A DNA stretch of 63,924 nt, the filler included, from Reclinomonas americana ATCC 50394 (lineage: Eukaryota): the NCBI GenBank assembly GCA_048213135.1. It is 8 parts of 8 records of this genome, joined end to end, with 100 filler letters (N's around TTAATTAATTAA, not from the genome) between each part and the next. Parts side by side here need not be neighbours in the genome. Positions count along the whole stretch, not along the records: positions 1 to 25,580 come from AFZH01022989.1; 7 more parts are not named here. One strand, 5' to 3'. The notes under the pieces are model-generated. The model worked only from the letters and a program-made list of their open reading frames with translations, was not told where the DNA came from and did not search any database. Of the stretch, positions 1 through 12,051 are shown in pieces. Made by a program: the position numbers and the translations under genes. Numbering within the stretch: position 1 is the first letter of the stretch; the number at the start of each line of letters is the position of its first letter.

Positions 1-3000
1 GGCCGACGAGATGCTGGACGAAGTTTAGTTCAATACGCGTGAAGACCACCGGAGTAAGGTAGCGGTGGTGCAGCGATGTGAGAAGAGAAGTAGTTGTAGC
101 TCGATTCGTCCCCTCCCCCCCCCCCCTCCCCCCTCCTCTCTCTCTCTCCATTACTCTCCTTGAATACTCTTGCCTGCTTACTGTTTTCATTTGTGTACGC
201 ATGCGGCTACCCACTCTCTTTGTAATTTGTTCACCTATTCATTCTGTTCCTTACTTTGGACTTCTTTGGTGAGGAACGCGACTATTGTTATCGCTCTGTG
301 TCGAGTTCTATTGCCTTCTTGCCGCAACGGCGAAACTGAGTGCCTCTTTTTCCTGTGTTGCCAATCCTGACCGTTGTCTGTACTGTCTCTGATACTCCGG
401 CTCCATTTTTCATTGTTACGTTGCACAGGTGCTGGTGGTGGCCGGGTGGTCCGGCGGCGGCAAAACCGTGCTGTTGCGCCAGCTGACCACTCGCCTGCAT
501 CAGCGTGATGACACGCTGGTGTTGTCGGCTCGACTGCCCAGCATTCCTCCGGCGGAGGTGCTGCGCAGGCAAGGAGCTCTACTGCCTCACTTGCTGCGGG
601 AGGCCAATGAAGCGGTGGTTGATGAACAACTGCGAGTGACAGAGGATGAGGTGCGTGTGGTCAGACGTCACGTTCTTGTCTTTGTCAATGTATTGCGCCT
701 TGCTTTCTTTCTGTCCGTCTCTCCGTGTCAAAGGGATGTACTTGTCTCGTGTTCTGCTCTCCCTGCTCTTGTTGTTTGGCGTCAGTTGTTCGCCTCACTG
801 TCGTTGTGTACCGCGCGTAGTTCTGCTGCATCGACACAGTTGTGCTGGTTCTCGACGGATACGATGAGTGTGGTGAGCCGCCGGGCAACTTGTATGTCAA
901 CCACGACTTGGACGTTGCGTGATCTGTTAAGTGCAACTCGAAAACAAGCCTTGCTCACTGTTCTGCAGGGCTGGCCCAACGTTCTGCTGGTGGTGTCCGT
1001 GCGCCGCGAGTTCATCAACCGCCTCGGCAACTTCTGGGCGGAGGAGCACTTTATGCCAGCCGACCCACATCTGTCGCTCACGGTAGCGTACGATCAGCCG
1101 GAGCGCACGCTTGCACGATGCATGCTGCGGCTGTTCTCAAAAGATGATGTCGATCTCTTCTTGCAAAAGTTGAGAGACGTGTGCTGATTCTCCTGCCGCT
1201 TACTCGGGAACTGACAACCTTCGTGTCAGATTTGTGGAATCACGCGTAAACCATCCGCGCTCGTGGTACCAGCACAAGCAACAGATCGAGCGGACTCCTG
1301 GGCTGGATGGGTTGGCGTCGTCGGTGAGTTCGCCGACCAGAGACGGAAGTCTCGTGGCGCGGCAAAGAGACGGCGCGATTGTGTGTGCGTGTGTTGCCTG
1401 CCATCACAGTGGTATTGTACATCTCACTGCTATGTCTTCTTCATGTATGCAGCCCCTGATGCTGAACATGATCGTGCTGGTGACGGAGGATTTAGAGCAC
1501 CTCGGACTCACGCGAGTGACTCGTGCACGGCTGTACGAGGCCTTTGCCAGGCACAAACTGCGGTGGGAGTTTGAGCACCACCATGTTAACATTCGACAGG
1601 TGTGTGCTTGATGTGTTGCATGTATGCGCATTGGTGCGCCGCTCACGCAGTAGATGATCTCGCGCGTAGCATTATGGCGACGAGGAGTCGGAAGAGCTTT
1701 TCTGCCTGCGGGTGTGGGACTTTTGTTCGGACCTCGCTGGTGAGATGATGCAGCATTCGCTGACGTCTGTGCGGCAGGGCGAGGTGAGTGTGTCACTGTG
1801 AGAGACGCCTGTCTGTTCCGGTCGTCAGTGTATGTCTCATTCTCATTCGTGCGTTTGTTGTTGTACCAATGCAGCGCGCTGTTGCAGAGCAACAATTGTG
1901 GGCCAAGTGGTTCGATCGTGATGATTCGTCGCAGGATTCACTTATCCGCGCAGTTGCGTTGATGTTGTTCTTGGTATACACAACTTTGCTGTCTCTGTCT
2001 CATTTGTGAGAATCGGTGCAGGCATTGCTAAAGTGGAGTCGACTGGGGGTGACGCAGCAGCGTGTGGAATTCATACACAAGTCCGTGCTAGAGTACTTTG
2101 CCGCACAATCGTGGCTGGCAGATGTGCAATTGTTGGCCAATGAGGAGGTTGAGTTGGAGGTGAGTGATCCTGTTCGATTGTAGTTTTTCGTGAGTGTACT
2201 TACTCGCTTGCCCGACTGGGTGCATGCTGAAACGCACTTGTATTATCGCAGGATCGAGTTGACAGGCTGTGCTACAGCTTCAGCGGTCAGCGGGCGCTGC
2301 TCACCTCCGATGAAGTGAGTGTGACGATGTCTCTACGTGCCTGTGCACGCTCTTGCAACATGCTCATTTCCCTCTTGTGTACTGTAGAGTCTGAATTCTA
2401 TTCTGTCTTTCATTGCCGAGCAAGTGAGGGCTGACCTGTCTCTCCATGACGCGTTGTGGAATGCCATTTTGCTCTCCCGCGATGAGGAGAGAGTTGCGGC
2501 TGTGGCATCGAGTGCGGCCAGTGCACTGTGCCTTGCCGAGGTGTCGTTCAGTGGGCGCGATTTGTCGGGAGTGCGAGTGACGGGTGCGGATTTGAGGGAT
2601 GCGGTGATGCACCGGACGGTGTGGAGGGGTGCGGATCTGCGAGGGGTGAATGTGTGCATGGCGTATGCGAGAGAGGCGGATTTCAGGGGGGCGGATGTGA
2701 CGGACGTGAGGTGGCCGAGGAAGGCGATGGTGGGGCACACCCAAGGTGTGCGATCTGTTGCTGTCACTCCCGATGGTCGGCATATTGTGAGTGGAAGCGA
2801 TGACAGGACGGTGCGTGTGTGGTCTGTGGCGAGTGCAGAAGAAGTGCGACAGTTGGAGGGCCACGCTGGTGGGGTGCAGTCTGTCGTCGTCACTGCCGAC
2901 GGTCAACAGATTGTGAGTGGGAGTCGGGACAAGACAGTGCGAGTGTGGTCACTGGCGACTGGAGAAGAAATGCGACGATTAGAAGGACATGCTGGTGGGG

Positions 3001-4037
3001 TGCAATCTGTCGTCGTCACTCCCGATGATCAGCACATTGTAAGCGGGAGTACTGACAACTCGGTGCGTGTGTGGTCACTGGCGAGTGGTGACGAGGTGCG
3101 ACGGATGGAGGGACACACCGGCACAGTGTGGTCTGTTGCCGTCACTCCAGATGGTCAGCACTTTGTGAGTGGGAGCGACGATAAGACAGTGCGAGTGTGG
3201 TCATTGGCGAGTGGGGAAGAGATGCGACGGTTGGACGGACACACCGGGCGGGTGGAATCTGTCGCCGTCACTCCCGATTGTCAGCACATTGTTAGTGGGA
3301 GCTGGGACAGCACCGTGCGAGTGTGGTCACTGGTGACTGGCGAAGAAGTGCGCCGGCTGGAGGGGCACACTAGTTGGGTAGTGTCTGTCGCAATCACTCC
3401 CGATGGTCAGCACATTGTGAGTGGGAGTGATGACGGTACCGTGCGAGTGTGGTCAATGGCGAGTGGAGACGAAGTGCGCCGGTTTGAAGGACACACTTCT
3501 TCGGTGCTATCTGTCACTGTCACTCCCGATGGTCAGCACATTGTGAGTGGAGGCGGCCGGGATAAGTCGGTGCGAGTGTGGTCACTGGCGATCGGAGAAG
3601 AAGTGCGACGGTTGGAGGGACACATCGGCAAGGTGTTGTCTGTCACCGTCACACCCGATGGCCAGCAAATTGTGAGTGGCGGTTGGGACAAGACGGTGAG
3701 AGTGTGGTCTGTGGCGGGTGGGGAGGAAGTGCGACGGTTGGAGGGACATACTGGTGCCGTGCAGTCCATAATTGTCACTCCCGATTGTCAGCACATTGTG
3801 AGTGGGAGCTATGACAAGACAGTGCGTGTTTGGTCACTGGCCAGTGGTGTGGAAGTGCGACGTGGTACGTGGAATGATCTCGATGGTGCTTCAGGCCGCA
3901 CTGCCGTTACATCTGACCTTACCATACAAGCATCTGCTAAACTGATTTTCGTGCTGCGAAGACATCAGGGGGTAGAACTTCTCGAACGTATCTGTGGTTC
4001 GTTCCTGCCTGATTTCACCTGCGCCTCATATGAGTAA
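1..4037 (+). CDS. NACHT/STAND NTPase + pentapeptide repeats + 9 WD40 repeats (NWD/NLR-like), copy 1; multi-exon, 5' truncated by the window edge
   Basis: Walker A GWSGGGKT at 444-467 and Walker B VLVLDGYDE at ~840-868. PLML motif at ~1453 and winged-helix motif EFIHKSVLEYFAA at ~2067-2105. Pentapeptide run FSGRDLSGVRVTGADLRDAVMHRTVWRGADLRGV at ~2547-2710. Nine GH...VW repeats at 2727-3862, then TAA at 4035-4037. Exons joined by GT-AG introns. Confidence 0.9.
2727..3862 (+). repeat. Array of 9 tandem ~126-bp WD40 coding repeats
   Basis: Consensus LEGHTxxVxSVAVTPDGQHIVSGSxDxTVRVWSLASGEEVRR, conserved at the DNA level (gtcactcccgatggtcagcacattgtgagtgggag). No introns. Confidence 0.95.
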
Positions 4038-4477
4038 ATGAGAGTGGTGTCCAGCACTGACAGAGAGATTTGTGGAAACGATCTGTTTATTGTTCTCATC
4101 CGATTCTCAGGCCAGTGGGAGCCGACAGAGATGTGATCCGTGATTGGACTGTGTTGCATGCGCAGTCATTTTGATTGAGAGCATGTCACATCGCCTGCAT
4201 CGCCATGGCCGTGAGCGAACCGTATGACCAAAACAGCGTGCATGAATAGGTAATATTTTCCTTCGTGGATACAAGAGGAAATTGACATAATAATTGATGA
4301 GCGCGAGACAGAGGGCACCGTTCACTTCCTGTCAGTAATCGCGCAACATCGTTGATGAAGTCGTTTCAGCGATGCGCCAGGCGTTGGTTGGCTGGGACTG
4401 CCAATTCTTGTCCGCAATGATGACAACGATGACGACGAACGCAATCAAAGCTACTCTCGTATTCACGAAACACTTCT

Positions 4478-5849
4478 TCATACAACAATCAATGTAAACT
4501 GCCCGCACGCCTCACGCAGTGCACGCACGCCATCGAACACCTCCTGCGCCGTCGGCCGGTCGCGTCGCATGCTCATGCACCGCATGCCGAGCTCAAACAT
4601 GGGCTCGGCGATACATGGCGTCCACGCCACGCCACGCCACCATCCACCAGCTCCATGGAGCGCAGGGAGGCAGCCGAGCGATCCCGTGCATACAGCCACT
4701 CACGGACAGTCGTCGTTGGCCTCCCGGTAACTAATTGTATGAGAACAATGCCCGTGGCGAATACATCGCTTTCCGGTAGTGGGCTCCTCGAGTGTATGTG
4801 AAGAGGGTCCATGTAGTCCAGCGTGCCGGCGGCGGTGGTGGTCTGTGGGGAATAAGTGAGAGTGATTGAGTGCGCGCGTTCTTTGAAGAGGCGGAGACGG
4901 GGAGTGCGAACCTTGCCGTCGACAATGGACTGCGCAATGCCAAAGTCGCCGAGGCACGGCTCCAGGCGGTGATCCAGGCGGTAAGTTGGAGGGTATGATG
5001 TCGTGGTGCACCACTTCGTTCTGTGACAGGACGATGAGAAGAGGAGAAGGTGGAGGAGACCACATCTTCGCCAAAGACCTTGTGCAGAAACGCCACGGCC
5101 TCCGCCAATCCGAGACCAATTTGCACGCGCTGCACGACGGAGAGTGGGATGTGACCGGCGCGTGGCGGCAAAAGGAGCAGGTCTTCCAGGTTGCGGGCAC
5201 TGTGTGCGTCTCGCGATGAGGGCGACAACCACGAATCAGAGTGGCACGTACTCGAGGGACTTGTACACCAGGCAGCGCTGCTTGTCGTCACCCACCGAGT
5301 AGCCGATGAGGGGGACGATGCGGCGGTGGCGCAGGTGGCCGAGGGTCCTGACCTACAAGAAAAAAGCAAGTCGGATGGAGAGAGGGAGAGGTGGGAGAAT
5401 CGGATGGAGAGAGAGACCTCGCTCTCAAAGGATGCCAGCGTCGCACCTCCTAACCACTCGCCAAAGACCACACGCGCACCGTCTTGCCCTCACTTCCACT
5501 TACGACATGCTCATCGTCGGGAGTCACCGCGACAGACCACGCACCACACCGAGCCAGTGTGTCCCTCCAGCCGTCGCATCTCTTCGCCGCTTGCAAGTGA
5601 CCACACTCGCAACGAGTCACGGCGACAGCGCGCACGTGACCCTGCAACAGTCGCACTTCCTCCCACTCAGCAGCGACCGCACCCGGGCTGTGCCGTCCCC
5701 GACCGCGCTCACAGTGTGTCGACCATCGGGCCGGTGACAGCGGCAGAGCGCACCGCGGCAGCGTTTCCTTCCAAGGACCTACGCCGACACATTCACGGTA
5801 AGAAACACACAGGAAGCAAAAGCAGAGAAATGTTCACCTTTGTCGCCTT
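4478..5849 (-). pseudogene. Decayed WD40 + Pelle/IRAK-like kinase gene, copy 1
   Basis: The position equivalent to the copy-2 start codon reads AAG (5849-5847). About 3 broken WD40 repeats at 5435-5778 carry deletions and a stop. Kinase exons: VRTLGHLRHRRIVPLIGYS...RCLVY; NLEDLLL...RVQIGLGLAEAVAFLHK; NEVVHHDIIPSN plus a frameshift; LGDFGIA; AGTLDYMDP; DVFATGIVLIQLVTG; RCMSMRRDRPT. The coiled coil and Gly-rich loop exon are missing. Confidence 0.8.
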
Positions 5850-6734
5850 TTCGTTTGGAGGACTTCGTTTGCGCGTGTGACGAACGCCAGTGCGAGAAGT
5901 CGCCAGCGCGGGACACCGTCACTTTTGGCCACTTTTCTCTCCCACTCGTGCGTTGAGCGCAAACAAGTATCATCAATCAGCAGTCCCCAATCAATGGCGT
6001 CACCTTCGTCACTGACTCTCGCCGTCATGGCCATGTTCCCGCGCCCGCTCGCTGGCGTGGTGGACATTGGCAACATCAACTGCAATGTCGCGCCTCCGCG
6101 TCACGCTGATCGCGACACGCGCACAGTCACGCGTGTTGCGCTGTCCGCCGATGGCGATCGCGAGGATCTCGAAGAGATCAAGAATTCGAATGTGCGAGAC
6201 TCCACGGCACACGCCTGGTGCGTGCGCTCGGTCACTGTTTACACATGTCTGCGTGTCAGAAGGAACAGCGACTCAGAGAGATAGAAATTGAAAGAGTATC
6301 GTGAGGGAAGTGAGGAGGATTTCTTGTTAGTGTGTGTGTGTGTGTGAAGTGGAGCGCAGGCAAGTGTGTGCACATTCGCTTTGTTTGCATTTCGAGCGCG
6401 TCGTGTGTGTGCGTGCAACTCAGATGCACAGTTGCATACAATTGGCTCACACACATTCAACAACATCACCTCCCGCCTCCTTTCTTTCTTGTCAGCGTCT
6501 CCAGTATGCAGTCACACGCCTTTTACGTTTTCCCTCCCTGTGTCATGATTCCTCGCTAACGTCGTGGAACAATGCAGCGCTGCAGCTCCTCTGTCCAACT
6601 CCATCCATCATGCGTATCATCAGCGCCATCGTCTCACCCTTCGAGGCGGTGGCTGTAGCGCGTCGCGTTCCTCGGCCGACATCTCCGCCGACACAAACCC
6701 ACCTGCATTCACTTCCTCGGCCAGTAAGTTGCAG

Positions 6735-9700
6735 ATGCGTGCATCACTGCCGCAGCCTCCGCCTCTTCCTCCCAAACCGCTGCTACGGCAAAAGATTGCT
6801 GCTCTCCACGAGGCTACCACCATCAAGGCCGTGCTGCCGCTGGCCAACGATCCCAACAACCTCTCCGCGCTCGAGTGCCTCGTTCCGTTGGCGTTTATGT
6901 GCATGTGTGTGTCGTGTTCTGACACGGAGATGTTGCTGTGTACAGGTTTCACTGTGGGCCAACACGACAACGACAGAGGCCGACTCGGCAGGGGGTCGCG
7001 CCACGGCACAACTGGCCGACGAGATGCTGGACAAGTTTGTCAGTCGCGTGCATCCGACCGACAAGGTGCGGTGGTGCAGCGATGTGAGAAGAGAAGTGTT
7101 GAGCTGAGTGCCCCCTCCCCTTCTCTCACTCTGTCTCTCCTTTACTCTCCTCGACTACTCTTGCCTGCTTACTGTTGTCTTTCGTGTATGCATGCGGCTA
7201 CCCACTCTCTTTGTAATTTGTTCACCTATTCATTCTGTTCCTTACTTTGGACTTCTTTGGTGAGGAACGCGACTATTGTTATCGCTCTGTGTCGAGTTCT
7301 ATTGCCTTCTTGCCGCAACGGCGAAACTGAGTGCCTCTTTTTCCTTTGTTGCCAATCCTGACCGTTGTCTGTACTGTCGCTGATACTTCGGCTCCTTTTT
7401 TCACATTGTTACGTTGCACAGGTGCTGGTGGTGGCCGGGTGGTCCGGCGGCGGCAAAACCGTGCTGTTGCGCCAGCTGACCACTCGCCTGCATCAGCGTG
7501 ATGACACGCTGGTGTTGTCGGCTCGACTGCACAGCATTCCTCCCGCGGAGGTGCTGCGCAGGCAAGGAGCTCTACTGCCTCACTTGCTGCGGGAGGCCAA
7601 TGAAGCGGTGGTTGATGAACAACTGCGAGTGACAGAGGATGAGGTGCGTGTGGTCAGACGTCGCGTTCTTGTCTTTGTCAATGTGTTGCGCCTTGCTTTC
7701 TTTCTGTCCGTCTCTCCGTGTCAAATGGTTGTACTTGTCTCGTGTTCTGCTCTCCCTGCTCTTGTTGTTTGGCGTCAGTTGTTCGCCTCACTGTCGTTGT
7801 GTACCGCGCGTAGCTCTGCTGCATCGGCACAGTTGTGCTGGTTCTCGACGGATACGATGAGTGTGGTGAGCCGCCGGGCAACGTGTATGTTAATCACGAA
7901 CTGGATGTTGCGTGCCTTGCCCCGTTGTTGATTAGCATTGTGGGTACACATCCTCACTCCGGACACTCCACCATGCAGAGTTGGCCCAACGTTCTGCTGG
8001 TCGTGTCCGTGCGCCGCGAGTTCATCAACCGCCTCGGCAACTTCTGGGCGGAGGAACACTTTATTCCAACCGACCCACATCTGTCGCTCACGGTAGCGTA
8101 CGATCAGCCGGAGCGCACGCTTGCACGATGCATGCTGCGGCTCTTCTCAAAAGATGATGTCGATCTCTTCTTGCAAAGGTTGAGAGACGTGTGCTGATTC
8201 TCCTGCCGCTTACTTGGGAACTGACAACCTTCGTGTCAGATTTGTGGAGTCACGCGTAAACCATCCGCGCTCGTGGCAGCAGCACAAGCAACAGATCGAG
8301 CAGACTCCTGGGCTGGATGGGTTGGCGTCGTCGGTGAGTTCGCCGACCAGAGACGGAAGTCTCGTGGCGCGGCAAAGAGACGGCGCGATTGTGTGTGCGT
8401 GTGTTGCCTGCCATCACAGTGGTATTGTACATCTCACTGCAATGTCTTCTTCATGTATGCAGCCCCTGATGCTGAACATGATCGTGCTGGTGACGGAGGA
8501 TTTAGAGCACCTCGGACTCACGCGAGTGACTCGTGCACGGCTGTATGAGGCCTTTGCCAAGCACAAACTGCGGTGGGAGTTTGAGCACCACCATGTTAAT
8601 ATTCGACAGGTGTGTGCTTGATGTGTTGCATGTATGCGCATTGGTGCGCCGCTCACGCAGTAGATGATCTCGCGCGTAGCATTATGGCGACGAGGAGTCG
8701 GAAGAGCTTTTCTGCCTGCGGGTGTGGGACTTTTGTTCAGACCTCGCCGGTGAGATGATGCAGCACTCACTGACGTCTGTGCGGCAGGGCGAGGTGAGTG
8801 TGTCACTGTGAGAGACGCCTGTCTGTTCCGGTCGTCAGTGTATGTCTCATTCTCATTCGTGCGTTTGTTGTTGTACCAATGCAGCGCGCTGTTGCAGAGC
8901 AACAATTGTGGGCCAAGTGGTTCGATCGTGATGATTCGTCGCAGGATTCACTTATCCGCGCTGTTGCGGTGATGTTGTTCTTGGTATACACAACTTTGCT
9001 GTCTCTGTCTCACCTGTATGAGTTGGTGCAGGCATTGCTAAAGTGGAGTCGACTGGGTGTGTCAAAGCAACGTGTGGAATTCATGCACAAGTCTGTGTTG
9101 GAGTACTTTGCCGCACAATCGTGGCTGGCAGATGTGCGATTGTTGGCCAATGAGGAGGTTGAGTTGGAGGTGAGTGATCCCTGTTCGATTGTAGTTCTTC
9201 GTGAGTGTACTTTTCGCTTGTCCGAGTGTGTGCATGCTGAAACGCACTTGTATTATCGCAGGATCGAGTTGACAGGCTGTGTTACTGCTTCAGCGGTCAG
9301 CGGGCACTGCTCACCTCCGACGAAGTGAGTGTGACAGCGTCTCGACGCGCCTGAGTACACGCTCATTCATTTTTTCCTCTGTGGATTGCAGGGTCTCAAC
9401 TCCATCCTTTCCTTCGTTGCCGAGCAAATTCGGGCTGACCCGTTGCTGCACGACGTGTTGTGGAGCGCTATTTCGCTGTCACGGAAGGAGGAGAGGATTG
9501 TCGCGGTGGCATCGAGTGCGGCCAGCGCACTTTGTCTCGCGGAGGTGTCGTTCAGTGGGCGCGATTTGTCTGGAGTGCGAGTGACGGGTGCGGATTTGAG
9601 GGATGCGGTGATGCATCGGACGGTGTGGAGGGGAGCGGATTTGCGAGGGGTGAATGTGTGCATGGCGTATGCGAGGGAGACGGATTTTCGAGGGGCGGAT

Positions 9701-11665
9701 GTGTGGGGTGTTAAGTGGCCGAGAAAGCCAATGGAGGGCCACACGGGTCAGGTGTTGTCTGTCACTGTCACTCCCGATGGTCAGCACATTGTGAGTGGCA
9801 GTTGGGACAAAACTGTGCGAATATGGTCTGTCGCGAGTGGCGAGGAAGTGCGACGATTAACAGGGCACACAGGCCTGGTGGGCTCTGTCGCGCTCACTCC
9901 CGATGGTCGGTGCATTGTGAGTGGGAGTGGAGACGGCACAATTCGAGTGTGGTCTGTGGTGAGTGGGGATGAGATGCGACGATTTGAAGGACACACTGCC
10001 TTGGTGACGTCTGTCACTGTCACTCCCGATGGTCAGCACGTTGTGAGTGGCAGCTGGGACAAGACGGTGCGAGTGTGGTCATTGTTGAGTGGGGAGGAAG
10101 TGCAACTGTTGGAGGGGCACACTGTAGGTGTATGGTCGGTTGTCGTGACTCCGGATGGACAGCACATCGTAAGTGGGAGTGGTGACATGACTTTGCGAGT
10201 GTGGTCCGTGGCAAGTGGAGAAGAAGTGCGACGATTGCAGGGACACACTGGCCGGGTGTTGTCTGTCGCTGTCACTCCCGATGGTCGGCATGTTGTAAGT
10301 GGGAGCGATGACAAGACAGTGCGGGTATGGTCACTGGCAAGCGGTGAAGAACTGCGACGATTGGAGGGACACACTGCCGTAGTGAAGTCTGTCGCCATCA
10401 CTCGCGATGGTCAGTACATTGTGAGTGGGAGCGATGACAACACTGTGAGAGTGTGGTTACTGGCGAGTGGCGAACAGGTGCGCCGGCTAGAGGGGCACAC
10501 TGAGTGGGTGCTGTCTGTCACAGTCACGCCAGACAGTCGTCACATTGTGAGCGGGAGTGGGGACAAGACAGTGCGAGTGTGGTCGGTGGCGAATGGAGAA
10601 GATGTACGACGGTTGAACGGACACACTGGTTCGGTGCTGTCAGTCGCTGTCACTCGCGATGGTCAGCAGATTGTGAGTGGGAGCGATGACAGGACGGTAC
10701 GCGTGTGGTCACTGGCGAGTGGAGAAGAAGTGCGACGATTGGAGGGACACACTGATGTGGTGTTGTCTGTCGTCGTCACTCCCGACGGCCAGCACATTGT
10801 GAGTGGAAGCGGAGACAAAACGGTGCGAATGTGGTTATTAGCGAATGGAGAGGAGGTGCGACGGCTGGAAGGGCACACTGGATGGGTGTTTTGTGTCGCC
10901 GTCACTCCCAATGGTCAGCATATTGCAAGTGGGAGCAGAGACTGGACGGTGCGAGTGTGGTCAGTGGCGAGTGGAGAAGAAGTGCGACGGCTAGATGGGC
11001 ATGCTAGTGGGGTGCGGTCTGTTGCCGTCACTCCCGATGGTCAGCACATAGTGAGTGGGGGCAGAGACAACACGGTGCGAGTGTGGTCAATGGCGAATGG
11101 AGAAGAAGTGCGACGGCTGGAAGGACACACTGGCGTGGTGTCATCTGTCGCCGTCACTCCCAATGGTCAGCACATCGTCAGCGGGAGTTGGGATTCTACT
11201 GTGAGAGTGTGGTCACTGGTGAGTGGTGAGGAACTGCGGCAGTTAAAAGGAGACACTCGAGCCGTGAACTCTATCACGCTCACTCTTGATGGTCAGAACA
11301 TTGTAAGTGGGAGCGATGACTGTACTGTGCGAATGTGGTCTGAGGCGAGTGGAGAAGAAGTAAGTCGGCTGGAAGGACACACTGGTCATGTGTTATCTGC
11401 CGCCTTCACTCCCACTGGTCAGCACATTGTGAGTGGGAGCCATGATAACACGGTGCGAGTGTGGTCGCTGGCGAGCGGACAGGCGGTGCTACATGGCACA
11501 GATGCCGATCTCGCTGGCGCCTCTGGCAGCACTGTCGCCACCGACAGTCTCACAATCCGAGCATCAGACAAGTTGATTCACGTGCTGCGGAGAGATCGGC
11601 AGAGCGAACTGCTTGAGCGAATCCTCGGGTCATTCCTGCCCGACTTTAGCGACGCTTTGCATTAA
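6735..11665 (+). CDS. NACHT/STAND NTPase + pentapeptide repeats + 14 WD40 repeats (NWD/NLR-like), copy 2; multi-exon, true start uncertain
   Basis: Near-identical to copy 1 at an offset of ~7.0 kb. Walker A at 7437-7460, VLDGYDE at ~7840-7860, EFMHKSVLEYFAA at ~9077-9115. The terminal exon (~9391-11665) holds the pentapeptides and 14 WD40 repeats. No recognisable N-terminal effector domain. Confidence 0.9.
9731..11480 (+). repeat. Array of 14 tandem 126-bp WD40 coding repeats
   Basis: Counted in ORF 9386..11665. Same consensus as the copy-1 array. No introns. Confidence 0.95.
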
Positions 11666-12051
11666 TGAGAGAATGTATATGCACAACGAGTGAGGGTGAT
11701 TGATGTTCTTCTCTTATGGTTTGTGTTGGTTTCAGGAGCGGGTGAATGCATTAAGAACCTCACTTCGCAGGATGCACGCGCATGGCCACAGAGACCGTCG
11801 GTGAACAAGCGACGCGTATTCAGGACCAGGGCGCGCAATGAAAGCAAAATATTAAGATTGGTCCTTGATATGCGGCGTGCGTAGTTTACCGTCAGGCGTG
11901 CTATCCAACGACACCCAGGGCACACCGAGTGAGTTTGAAAGCGCATTCCTAGCAACCCTCAAGGCGACACCCGCAACAACCATGACGCGCAGTTCTCTAT
12001 TCACTCTCTGCGCGCTCACAGCATGGCTCTCGCTATCGTGAAAAACACTCT

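Noticed and set aside
1..135. Apparent frameshifts in the first exon of NWD copy 1
   Set aside because: This is an insertion-ridden version of 7014-7140 at a sequence end, typical of low-quality read ends. Not evidence of pseudogenisation.
5994..6191. Possible first exon of NWD copy 2 with an amyloid-signalling-like motif (GVVDIGNINCNV)
   Set aside because: I cannot link it convincingly by splicing to the NACHT exons, and the motif is too short to support the claim without transcripts.
2727..11480. Regular 126-bp repeats with variable segments, resembling a CRISPR or DGR-type array
   Set aside because: They are in-frame WD40 coding repeats. There are no unique spacers, no cas or reverse transcriptase gene, and no evident adenine-specific template/variable pair.
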